Source of the DNA: an uncultured Myxococcia bacterium
Lineage (GTDB): Bacteria; CAZTWC01
Direction of reading: 5' to 3'
DNA length: 44,212 bases
Assembly (NCBI GenBank): GCA_964617105.1
Contig: CAZTWC010000002.1
Location: forward strand, 13,138-57,349
In this document: positions 19,238 to 28,053 of the stretch, in pieces
Layout of the letters: each line of letters begins with the position of its first letter
How positions within the stretch are numbered: position 1 is the first letter of the stretch
Position numbers and translations under genes: made by a program
Notes under the pieces: generated by a model
The model's input: the letters and a program-made list of their open reading frames with translations, nothing else
The model's database searches: none
What the model was told of the DNA's origin: nothing

Positions 19238-19326
19238 TCGAAGGCGTTTAATGCCTGGAGTAATGTGATAGCGTATATTTTTTAGCCAGATGGCTGAACT
19301 TATTGATTGATTGTTGGTGAAAAAAG

Positions 19327-19722
19327 ATGCGTAAAAGAGATGATGAAATGGTTTTGGATAATTCGGACGAGATTAATGCTTTGCTTGGCAAAGGGTGCGA
19401 ATTTCAAGGAAAACTTACTTTTAAAGGTACTGTAAGAGTTGAGGGAAAATTTAAAGGGGAGATAAAAACAAAAAGTAACCTGGTAGTGGGAGAAAATGCC
19501 CAGATAGATGGTGATTTAAATGTTGGTAGTATATTAATATTCGGAAACGTCACGGGGAATATCAGAGCTAATGATTATATTGTTATAAATCCAGGAGCCA
19601 GTGTGGAAGCTAACATTATTACCAAATCATTGGAGATAAAAAAAGGCGCAATTTTTGAAGGAAACTGTATGATGAACGATATAGTTGATTTCGACACACA
19701 AGCGAGACTGGATGAAATATAA
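19327..19722 (+). CDS. Bactofilin (polymer-forming cytoskeletal protein, BacM/CcmA-like)
   Basis: LGKGCEFQGKLTFKGTVRVEGKFKGEI and GAIFEGNCMM beta-helix repeats. Position after parB matches bacM of myxobacteria. Confidence 0.92.
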   Translation: MRKRDDEMVLDNSDEINALLGKGCEFQGKLTFKGTVRVEGKFKGEIKTKSNLVVGENAQIDGDLNVGSILIFGNVTGNIRANDYIVINPGASVEANIITKSLEIKKGAIFEGNCMMNDIVDFDTQARLDEI

Positions 19723-19733
19723 AGGGGTAAAAG

Positions 19734-20759
19734 ATGACCAATAAAAAAGATAAAAGTATTGAAAATCGAGAAAAAAAATTAGAGATCACAGTTGCTAATA
19801 TTGAAAGATCTTTTGGTAAAGGCGCGATAATGAGATTGGGAAAAAATGGCACAGATGCCATAAAAGTGCCTGTAATATCAACAGGATCGGTTGGATTGGA
19901 TCTCGCCCTGGGGGTTGGAGGAATTCCTAAAGGAAGGATTATAGAGATATTTGGACCGGAGTCATCGGGAAAAACTACCTTGAGTCTACATTTAATTGCC
20001 GAGGTTAACAAGGCGGGAGGAGTAGCCGCATTTATAGATGCTGAACATGCCCTTGACGCTGGATATGCCAAAAATATAGGTGTAAATGTTAATGATTTGC
20101 TGGTTTCACAACCCGATTACGGTGAGCAAGCCCTTGAAATTGCAGATACTTTAGTAAAATCAGGAGCGATAGATATAATAGTTGTTGATTCAGTAGCAGC
20201 CTTGACTCCCAGGGCTGAATTGGATGGTGACATGGGAGATTCTCACATGGGATTGCAAGCCAGATTAATGAGTCAAGCGATGAGAAAATTAACCGGCTCA
20301 ACCTATAAATCGCAAACTACAGTGGTTTTTATTAATCAAATTAGGATGAAAATTGGAGTAATGTTCGGCAGTCCAGAAACTACAACAGGTGGAAATGCGT
20401 TGAAATTTTATTCTTCTGTGCGGATGGATATCAGGCGAATCGGACAGTTAAAAATTGGTGATAATAAAGTGGGCAACAGAACCAAAGTTAAAGTAGTTAA
20501 AAATAAACTGGCGCCTCCTTTTAGGGAGGTTGAATTTGATATCATCTATGGTCAAGGAATATCAAAAGAGGGTGAATTGCTGGACATGGGAGTTCATTAC
20601 GGAATTATAGATAAAACCGGTTCATGGTTTGGTTACAAAAATCAGAGGTTAGGGCAGGGTAGAGAGAATTGCCGTGAATTTCTAAGAACTAACAAAGATT
20701 TGGCCGAAGAGATAACCCAAGCAATCTTTCAGCATCTTTCAGCCCCCAAGACGAGTTAA
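19734..20759 (+). CDS. recA: Recombinase A
   Basis: [56 protein letters not shown]. Confidence 0.99.
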   Translation: MTNKKDKSIENREKKLEITVANIERSFGKGAIMRLGKNGTDAIKVPVISTGSVGLDLALGVGGIPKGRIIEIFGPESSGKTTLSLHLIAEVNKAGGVAAFIDAEHALDAGYAKNIGVNVNDLLVSQPDYGEQALEIADTLVKSGAIDIIVVDSVAALTPRAELDGDMGDSHMGLQARLMSQAMRKLTGSTYKSQTTVVFINQIRMKIGVMFGSPETTTGGNALKFYSSVRMDIRRIGQLKIGDNKVGNRTKVKVVKNKLAPPFREVEFDIIYGQGISKEGELLDMGVHYGIIDKTGSWFGYKNQRLGQGRENCREFLRTNKDLAEEITQAIFQHLSAPKTS

Positions 20760-20765
20760 TGAATG

Positions 20766-21197
20766 TTAACACTCGTGGGTATCTCCCTGAAAATTTAAAA
20801 GTTTAGATTTTTTCTGGTTGACATTACAAACATTTTTCCATTGGCAGAGGCCACAAATATTTTTCGTAACATCTCTTTGAGAAAGTTTTTGTTTTAAAAT
20901 TAAAAAAATTTGGCTGGCAGGAAATTTATTTCCTGCGGCAATATTAATTAAAGACAACACCTGGTGATCCATTTGCAAAACATTTTTTTCAGATGAGTTA
21001 TCCCTAAGGCAAATGTTATTTTGGAGATGAGGACAAAAAGCGCATATATCGTCACAGCCAACTTTAATGGTTATCTGTATATCTGGATTATTGAGTATAG
21101 CGTTAAAAATAGACAGTAAATTGTCAACAAAGGGCTGGCTGTATCCATAGCCTTGAAAGCCAAGTAAACATAAAAGATGATGAGGACGAAGGTTCAT
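20766..21197 (-). CDS. DUF1284 family Cys/His-rich putative metal- or Fe-S-binding protein
   Basis: LRPHHLLC..FQGYGYS..F, DDICxxCP and CxxCxWxxxC pattern. ATG at 21197 avoids overlap with the upstream gene. Confidence 0.85.
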   Translation of the reverse strand: MNLRPHHLLCLLGFQGYGYSQPFVDNLLSIFNAILNNPDIQITIKVGCDDICAFCPHLQNNICLRDNSSEKNVLQMDHQVLSLINIAAGNKFPASQIFLILKQKLSQRDVTKNICGLCQWKNVCNVNQKKSKLLNFQGDTHEC

Positions 21198-21204
21198 AAG
21201 AATT

Positions 21205-21999
21205 TTATTCTGATAACTCCAGGTTATCAACTTCAAATTCTATGTTGGTGGGATCTATTTTAAACAGCCAGCCCTTATTTTGGGGGCTTTCCAATAGTAA
21301 ATTGATATCTTGCAATATCTCTTCATTATTCTTAATAATTCTACCGCTTAATGGGCATCCAATGGAGTGAATATGACCATCGGCGGCAGAAACTTTGGCG
21401 CATATTTCTCCCTGTTTGATATCATCCTTTACAGTAGGGAGTTCAATATTCACTATTTTGCCGACCTGGTTAATAAAATTGGGATCAGCACCAATTATTA
21501 CGCAGCCATCAGCACATATTTTGGCCCAAGAATGATTGGGCATTTTAAATAATTTTCCCGGTTCAATTCTTTTATCATCACCTGGGCTAAACATATCCGA
21601 CTCCCGGGCATAATCGGCAGGCTCTCTGAAGGCTCTGATCACTACGCTGCGCAATTCTTCTTTGGTGAAGGGTTTGGCAATAAAATCATAGGCACCCTTG
21701 CGAAGGGCCTTCATGGCGGTCGCCATGGTAGCGTAACCAGTTATCATTATGACTTTGATACTGCTTTTTTTCTCCTTAATCACTGATAACAGGTCGAGAC
21801 CATTCATGCCAGGCATCATAATATCGGAGATAACCAGATGGTAGTTATTGTTATCCAGTAGTTTTATGGCTTCATCGGCTGAAGAAGCGGCGTCGACAAG
21901 ATAATCATCCTTTTTAAAAATTCTCTTGATACTGGCTAAGACCACTGGTTCATCGTCTACCAGCAAAATATTATTAGTTTTGTCCATTTTGATCTCCAT
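21205..21999 (-). CDS. Response regulator: receiver domain fused to a glycine cleavage H-protein-like domain
   Basis: Receiver: LLVDDE, ISDIMMPG, ITG, KPF. C-domain: HSWAK..IIG..IELP..QGE..PLSGRI..N..LL.SP..GWLFKI matches the GcvH fold. Confidence 0.88.
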   Translation of the reverse strand: MEIKMDKTNNILLVDDEPVVLASIKRIFKKDDYLVDAASSADEAIKLLDNNNYHLVISDIMMPGMNGLDLLSVIKEKKSSIKVIMITGYATMATAMKALRKGAYDFIAKPFTKEELRSVVIRAFREPADYARESDMFSPGDDKRIEPGKLFKMPNHSWAKICADGCVIIGADPNFINQVGKIVNIELPTVKDDIKQGEICAKVSAADGHIHSIGCPLSGRIIKNNEEILQDINLLLESPQNKGWLFKIDPTNIEFEVDNLELSE

Positions 22000-23558
22000 T
22001 AAAAGTTGTTTATAGGCAAAATGAAGTTAGTTTTGGTTCTGCGTACTGTATCGGGGATGGGTAAAAAAATTTTAAAAATAGCCCCTTGTCCAGGGATTGA
22101 TTCAACCTCCATCTGCCCATCGTGCTGCTCCACAATTCCCCAACTTACCGCCAGGCCCAATCCGCTATTATTTTTCCCGCCTTTGGTAGAATAAAAGGGT
22201 TCAAATATATGCTCAAGATGTTCCGGTGGGATACCAGAACCAGAATCTCCAATAGATATCAATACCTTGTATTCATTCCAAAGGGTTTTGGTGGTAATAG
22301 TAATTACGCCGCCTTCAGGCATAGCCTCAGAGGCGTTGAGAAATAAGTTTAGAAACACCTGCTGTAATTGTCCCGGATCTGCATAGACGCCCGGCATATT
22401 GGCATCGTAATTTTGATTCAGTTTTATATTGAGGAATGAGGCTTGCTTTTTAATCAGTTGTTGGACCATTTCCAGCACTCTATTAACTTGGACCTCTTCA
22501 AAATGGGGTTTTTCTTGACGGGAAAAGTCGAGCAGGGTGCGGACAATATTGCGGCAGCGTAAAGTTTCTCTTACAATCAACTGGTAATCGTCCCGCTTTG
22601 GGTCATGATCATCGGCCTCTTCCAATAGATCTTCGCCAAAGGTCAAAATGCCGGTTAAAGGGTTGTTGAGTTCATGGGCAACATTGGCGGCCAATTTGCC
22701 GGTAGAAGCCAATTTTTCCGAAATTATTAATTGCTTTCCGGTGTCCTTTAGTTTGTCCTGCATTTGGTTAAAGGCTTTGGCTACTTTGCCAATTTCACCG
22801 GCGCCCGGTTTGATCACCGCATTCAGGTTACCATCAGTAATTAAATTAATACCCCGGAGCAACTCTTTTATTGGTACCCCCACCAGCCGGTTGGTCAAAA
22901 AATAGGAGAGGATGAAAGAGATTAAAGCCAACAGGGTAATAGTTAAGATCATCATATATTGCCATTTGGCGATTTTAATATCCAGGGACTGGTAGGAGAT
23001 TTGGATGTTCATAACTCCTAATACGGATTGATTTTTATTATGGACATGGCAGGAAGCGGTGTAGCAACTGGGCTGGTTATAAATGGGCAAAATGGCGAAT
23101 AACTGATGTTCTGAATCAGCAAATTTAATCACCGCTTTTTTAGGCATGGGTTTTAATAGTTTGTTCTGGTCCTGATGGCAGATGCTGCACTTAATGTCCT
23201 TGAGATAGGGGGAGTTGGCAGCGGGGTTATTAGCAGCGGGAATTTTTGTGGTGGAATGGTTGAAATAAGTGAGTTTTTGAATCTCTTTTTTAGTTAATAG
23301 TGATAGGAGAGAGGAGCGAATATTTTTACCCTCTCCGTGAAGCATATTGGAGTTGATCAATTGAGCGATGATCCAGGTAAGGCGCTGGGTGTTGCGCATA
23401 ACTTCTTCCATGGCCACCTGGCGATGGGTAATCAAGTTGATGGCAGTAAAAATACTCATGGGCACAATTAAAAAGATTGCCACAGTAATCCCTACTCTAA
23501 AGGCGATGGATGACTGCTTTAATTTGCGTATAAAGTTTTGCTTCATGCTCAAAACCAA
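21999..23558 (-). CDS. Membrane sensor histidine kinase (HAMP, NtrB-like) with Cys/His heme-c-type motifs in the periplasmic domain
   Basis: Two TM segments flank CSICH and CYTASCH; HAMP domain; AHELNNPL, NLFLNA, DSGSGI, FEPFYSTK, GLGL. Start may be ATG 23546. Confidence 0.93.
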   Translation of the reverse strand: MVLSMKQNFIRKLKQSSIAFRVGITVAIFLIVPMSIFTAINLITHRQVAMEEVMRNTQRLTWIIAQLINSNMLHGEGKNIRSSLLSLLTKKEIQKLTYFNHSTTKIPAANNPAANSPYLKDIKCSICHQDQNKLLKPMPKKAVIKFADSEHQLFAILPIYNQPSCYTASCHVHNKNQSVLGVMNIQISYQSLDIKIAKWQYMMILTITLLALISFILSYFLTNRLVGVPIKELLRGINLITDGNLNAVIKPGAGEIGKVAKAFNQMQDKLKDTGKQLIISEKLASTGKLAANVAHELNNPLTGILTFGEDLLEEADDHDPKRDDYQLIVRETLRCRNIVRTLLDFSRQEKPHFEEVQVNRVLEMVQQLIKKQASFLNIKLNQNYDANMPGVYADPGQLQQVFLNLFLNASEAMPEGGVITITTKTLWNEYKVLISIGDSGSGIPPEHLEHIFEPFYSTKGGKNNSGLGLAVSWGIVEQHDGQMEVESIPGQGAIFKIFLPIPDTVRRTKTNFILPINNF

Positions 23559-23561
23559 TAT

Positions 23562-24536
23562 CTATTTCGGCAAATCAGCCAGGGCAAGTTTATAGTCGGC
23601 GATTAAATCATCCATCTGTTCGTAAAACAGGGTGGTGTTTACATTGAAATGCAAGAGGATATGGCTAAGGGTATGAGGAATATAGGGGAAGAGTTTTTTT
23701 AAATTGATAATCCGGTAATTGTAAAAGGCTGAAGCATCTTCATTGGTAAGGCTGTTGATGATTTTATCAGAAAATTCACCTGATTTTTTAACGCCGTGAA
23801 AAGTTTTCAACCCTTTGCCGGTGCAAAAACTCAATACATTACCCAGGCTCCAGATATCAAAATCGCTATAGTGTTGGGTTAAGTCAAAGTCGATCCAGCG
23901 GTAAAGACCGGTTTTCGCCTCAATCAGGATATGGTCGTTGCGGATATCACCATGACACAGCCCCTGGTTATGGAGTTCTTTGATAGCCTCAAGGCAGGTG
24001 AGCAGTTTTTTAAAAATTTTTGGAAATACTGTATGAAAGTACTCTTCATGGTCCATTTTCAGGTCAAATATATGGTGGTAAAGGGAAAGACCCTTTATAA
24101 AATCGATGATTCTAACCGGATTGTCCTTTGGATCATATAGAGTGTACCCTTGCATGAAGCGCTGGTCGCCATCGATATTGTCTAGTACAGCGCTCTCTTT
24201 TTGGGGGTCACGGTAACAGCGGATTCTCAGCGGTCCTATTCTGGCGATAAATTCTTCATTAAAGACCAGTTTAATAATTTTGGTTTGGCCGTTTTTCAAG
24301 TCAATACATTTTTTTACCCAATATTTGGGTTCATCCAGTCCAAAACGGGCTTCCCGCAGATCACCCAGAACAAAAAAATCTTGGTCTTCTAGTCTCAACA
24401 CCTGCCCGTGGTAAATGTCCATAAACTCAGTGGTATCTTGAACCACTTCAATCGGACCTCTAATAATTTTCTCGGTCCAGGTTTCGATTTTTTCCTTTAA
24501 TAGAGGAGAGTTGTCTTTTATTGGTATTGCACGCAT
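23562..24536 (-). CDS. Atypical Ser/Thr protein kinase-like protein
   Basis: KIIK (beta3 Lys), ESAVL (helix C Glu), CHGDIRNDHI catalytic loop, WIDFD, DIWSLG. Confidence 0.8.
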   Translation of the reverse strand: MRAIPIKDNSPLLKEKIETWTEKIIRGPIEVVQDTTEFMDIYHGQVLRLEDQDFFVLGDLREARFGLDEPKYWVKKCIDLKNGQTKIIKLVFNEEFIARIGPLRIRCYRDPQKESAVLDNIDGDQRFMQGYTLYDPKDNPVRIIDFIKGLSLYHHIFDLKMDHEEYFHTVFPKIFKKLLTCLEAIKELHNQGLCHGDIRNDHILIEAKTGLYRWIDFDLTQHYSDFDIWSLGNVLSFCTGKGLKTFHGVKKSGEFSDKIINSLTNEDASAFYNYRIINLKKLFPYIPHTLSHILLHFNVNTTLFYEQMDDLIADYKLALADLPK

Positions 24537-24744
24537 ATATTTTATACTACCTCTTTTACCCTAATTTAATCAAGCTATAGATTTAAGAACGAAAAGAATA
24601 TTCGGGATTTCAATGCCGGGTTGATATAGTGTTGATCCGGGAATTAACTTGGCCAGATAAAGCTTGCTGGCTCCCCTAATTTACTATACTTTAATATAAG
24701 ATGCCTTGAAAAAATTATCCATCTTCTAAACAGGGAGGAAAATT

Positions 24745-25671
24745 ATGCCGGAAGATGTTAGAGAAGTGGTTATCATAGGTTCCGGGCCGGGTGGACATAC
24801 TGCCGCCATTTATTTGGCCAGAGGACAATTGAGTCCATTGGTTATAACCGGAGGACAGCCTGGCGGGCAGTTAACCACTACCTCAGAGGTAGAGAATTAT
24901 CCAGGTTTTCCAGAGGGTATAAATGGGATGGACCTGGTGGATAAGATGCAAAAACAGGCTAAAAAATTTGGCGCTGAATATATCTTGGATGAGGTAAAGC
25001 AAGTGGATTTAGGGCAAACTCCTTTCAAAGTGACTTGCGGAAGAGAGATAAAAACTAAAGCACTGATTGTATGCACTGGGTCTTCGCCTAACAAGTTGGG
25101 ATTGACTTCAGAGGAGAAGTTGTGGGGCCGGGGAGTTTCAGCCTGCGCTACCTGTGATGGCTTTTTTTACCGGGAAAAAGTGGTGGCAGTAGTTGGAGGT
25201 GGTGATGTGGCCATTGAAGAGGCCATGTTTTTAACCCAATTTGCCACCAAAGTTTATTTGATTCACCGCCGGGATGAGTTTAGGGCATCCCGGATTATGC
25301 AGGAAAAATTGCAGGAAAACACCAAGGTAGAGCCGGTTCTAAGCTTTGTTGTAGAGGATATTCTTGATCCTGACCAGGGTGAAGTTAAGGGATTATTAGT
25401 CAAAAACCTGAAAACCCAGGAGACTTCTAACCTTGATGTGGATGGGCTATTTGTGGCCATTGGCCATCGGCCTAATACCGGTTTTTTTCAAGGTCAATTG
25501 GAATTGGATAAAAAAGGGTATATTGTCACCAAACCAGGGGGATTTACCAACATTCCCGGGGTATTTGCTGCCGGTGATGTCCAGGATCCGGTTTATCAGC
25601 AGGCTATTACCGCAGCTGGCTCCGGTTGCCAGGCGGCATTGAATTGCGAGAAATATCTATTGAATTATTAG
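24745..25671 (+). CDS. trxB: Thioredoxin-disulfide reductase
   Basis: IIGSGPGG, GGQL, ENYPGF, GVSACATCDG, GGGD, HRRD, FAAGDV; RBS GGAGG. Confidence 0.97.
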   Translation: MPEDVREVVIIGSGPGGHTAAIYLARGQLSPLVITGGQPGGQLTTTSEVENYPGFPEGINGMDLVDKMQKQAKKFGAEYILDEVKQVDLGQTPFKVTCGREIKTKALIVCTGSSPNKLGLTSEEKLWGRGVSACATCDGFFYREKVVAVVGGGDVAIEEAMFLTQFATKVYLIHRRDEFRASRIMQEKLQENTKVEPVLSFVVEDILDPDQGEVKGLLVKNLKTQETSNLDVDGLFVAIGHRPNTGFFQGQLELDKKGYIVTKPGGFTNIPGVFAAGDVQDPVYQQAITAAGSGCQAALNCEKYLLNY

Positions 25672-25707
25672 TGACTCTGGATGTGCGTTCTTGGATGAAA
25701 AGTAGAG

Positions 25708-25821
25708 AGTTGCCGTTCGAAAATACGCTTCGTCGCGAAAATTTGGCTGCGTTTCACCTGCAACGCAGCTGGTGGAGATGCAGCCGGATTTGCAGCAGAA
25801 GGGGGTTTTCGGACGGCAACT
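25708..25821 (+). repeat. 114-nt long imperfect palindrome (MITE/REP-like element or structured RNA)
   Basis: Outer arms AGTTGCCGTTCGAAAA / TTTTCGGACGGCAACT (15/16). Inner arms ATTTGGCTGCGTTTC (25741-25755) / GAGATGCAGCCGGAT (25775-25789). Confidence 0.7.
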
Positions 25822-25862
25822 AGATAGTTTAGTTTAATTTTAATAATAATCAGGAGGTTGTT

Positions 25863-26084
25863 ATGACTTCATCGTTGAGTGAAATCCAAAAAAAATGTCC
25901 CACTAAGCAGGGCAACATGACCAGGTGTAACTGCACTTACGAGCCTTGTCCCCGCAAAGGACTTTGCTGCGAATGTATGGCCTATCATTTAGGCGCCAAT
26001 GAACTGCCCGCTTGCTGTTTTCCCGATAATGTAGAGAGGACTTATGACCGTTCTTTCCGGCGTTTTGCCAAAATTTACAAGTAA
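25863..26084 (+). CDS. Small Cys-rich protein (DUF6485-like)
   Basis: [36 protein letters not shown] pattern; strong RBS AGGAGG. Confidence 0.85.
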   Translation: MTSSLSEIQKKCPTKQGNMTRCNCTYEPCPRKGLCCECMAYHLGANELPACCFPDNVERTYDRSFRRFAKIYK

Positions 26085-26117
26085 AATTTGGCCATAAAAT
26101 AATAATAAGGTAATTAT

Positions 26118-27470
26118 ATGGATATTTTGATAAAAAATGCCAAACTTATCTGCACTATGGATGATAACCGCACCAAATTGGAAGGCGGAGATATTCGTAT
26201 TCATGGAAATAGCATTGTTGCGGTTGGGACTCTAGAAGCAAAGGACAACGAACAAGTTATCGATGCCTCCCACCATTTGGTACTGCCTGGGTTTGTCAAT
26301 ACCCACCACCATCTCTACCAAACCCTGACCAGGAACCTGCCAGCCTGTCAGGATGCTGAACTGTTTGACTGGATACGCACCTTGTACCCAATTTGGGCCA
26401 GGATAGATCAGGGAAGTGTTTATTTGAGCGGTTTGGCCGGCCTGTGCGAGTTGATGCTCACCGGATGCACTACCGCCTCAGACCACTTTTATCTTTTTCC
26501 TCGTTCAGCCACTTCTCATCTGTTTGATTACCTGGTAAAGGCGGGGCGTGATGCAGGCATACGTTTTCACCCCTGCCGCGGGAGCATGTCTCGAGGTCAA
26601 TCAAAGGGAGGTTTGCCGCCGGATCATGTGGTGCAGACCGAAGAGGAGATAATCGCCGACTGCCAGAGGGTAATCGAGCAGTATCATGATGCTTCACCTT
26701 TCTCTATGTGCCGGGTGGTTTTGGCGCCTTGTTCCCCGTTTTCGGTTTCTGAGGAGTTATTGGTTAAAACCAGAGATCTGGCAGAAAAGCACCATCTATC
26801 GCTTCACACCCACGTAGCTGAAACCATTGACGAGGAGAATTATTGCCTGGAAGTATATGGCCAGCGGCCTTTGGCCTATATGCACAGTGTTGGTTGGACC
26901 GGGGACAACTGCTGGTACGCTCACTGTGTTCACCTGAATGACCAGGAGATCGAACTGATGGCTGAAACCGGCACGGGAGTGGCTCATTGTCCGGTATCCA
27001 ATCTGCGGTTGGCTTCTGGGATAGCACCTATCCGCAAAATGATGGATGCAGGGGTAAAGGTAGGGCTGGCAGTAGATGGTTCAGCCTCCAACGACTCTTC
27101 TGATATCCTGGGAGAAGTCCGGCAGTGTACCTTGATTCACCGGATCAAATCCGGAGTAAAGTCCATGCCGGCCGAAGATGCTCTCTGGCTGGCCACCCGG
27201 GGAGGCGCAGCGGTTTTGGGACGTGATGATATCGGCAGCATAGAGGCGGGAAAGGCGGCCGATTTGGCCCTGTTTAATCTAAATCGGCTCGAATATGCCG
27301 GCGCCATGCACGATCCTTTGGCCGCCCTGGTTTTTTGTGGTTATTCCCACCAGGTTGATTACTTGTTTGTTGATGGCAATTTGCGGGTAAAAGGGGGTGA
27401 ACTGGTGGATATCGACAGTAATTGGTTGTTAGGAGAGATGAATAAAACGGCAGAGAGATTGGTAGGGTAG
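26118..27470 (+). CDS. 8-oxoguanine deaminase (amidohydrolase superfamily)
   Basis: NTHHHLYQTLTR, RGSMS, APCSPFSV, HTHVAET, HCPVSN, VDGSASND: motif set typical of the 8-oxoguanine deaminase subgroup. Confidence 0.85.
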   Translation: MDILIKNAKLICTMDDNRTKLEGGDIRIHGNSIVAVGTLEAKDNEQVIDASHHLVLPGFVNTHHHLYQTLTRNLPACQDAELFDWIRTLYPIWARIDQGSVYLSGLAGLCELMLTGCTTASDHFYLFPRSATSHLFDYLVKAGRDAGIRFHPCRGSMSRGQSKGGLPPDHVVQTEEEIIADCQRVIEQYHDASPFSMCRVVLAPCSPFSVSEELLVKTRDLAEKHHLSLHTHVAETIDEENYCLEVYGQRPLAYMHSVGWTGDNCWYAHCVHLNDQEIELMAETGTGVAHCPVSNLRLASGIAPIRKMMDAGVKVGLAVDGSASNDSSDILGEVRQCTLIHRIKSGVKSMPAEDALWLATRGGAAVLGRDDIGSIEAGKAADLALFNLNRLEYAGAMHDPLAALVFCGYSHQVDYLFVDGNLRVKGGELVDIDSNWLLGEMNKTAERLVG

Positions 27471-27518
27471 GGCTCGCACTATTTGCAGGATTAATTAATT
27501 TTTTAAAGGATTAACAAG

Positions 27519-28049
27519 ATGGAACTAAATCCATGGTTGCTGGAGAGGGGGATAAAATTCCAGCGTTTGCTGTCCGGTACTCTGCTGCTTATCGGTTTTA
27601 TTTTTCATTTTATCTATCTGACTGCGCTGGTGGCGGCTATATTGCTCATATCAGCGATTAAACCGGAATTTTCACCTTTCTTGCGTCTTTTTCGTGTGTT
27701 ATTTAATCCCGGGTTGACTAAGGAAATCTACCCGGGAGAAACCGGGGATAGTTCTGAAAATGGGATCAATATCGTTGGGAAGGGAGAGGGGACCGAAGAT
27801 TTTATCCAAACCAAAGAGAGAATTTGCCAGGATAAATACTGTGAGTCGGGTATGGTATGCTTTACCTGCACCCTGGGAGCGGTGTTGTTATCAGCGTCTC
27901 TTTTATTGTTTGCCCTGGGATATCAAAGTATATGTTGGGGGCTGGTGCTGGTGGTGGCGATTTTGTCTATTTTTGGAGGAGTCACCGATTTTTGCCTGGG
28001 CACCCTGGTTTATCTATGGATAAAAAATTTAAAAATGGTTAAAAGCTAA
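27519..28049 (+). CDS. DUF4395-like integral membrane protein
   Basis: Two TM hairpins, SPF motif after TM2, C-terminal FCLG motif. Confidence 0.65.
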   Translation: MELNPWLLERGIKFQRLLSGTLLLIGFIFHFIYLTALVAAILLISAIKPEFSPFLRLFRVLFNPGLTKEIYPGETGDSSENGINIVGKGEGTEDFIQTKERICQDKYCESGMVCFTCTLGAVLLSASLLLFALGYQSICWGLVLVVAILSIFGGVTDFCLGTLVYLWIKNLKMVKS

Positions 28050-28053
28050 ATTT

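Noticed and set aside
6200-21200. Genomic island or prophage explanation of the low-GC block
   Set aside because: It contains essentially core origin genes in canonical order, with no integrase, att repeats or phage genes.
25626-25823. 65-aa ORF after trxB
   Set aside because: It overlaps the trxB end and runs through the palindrome; no RBS or protein-like features.
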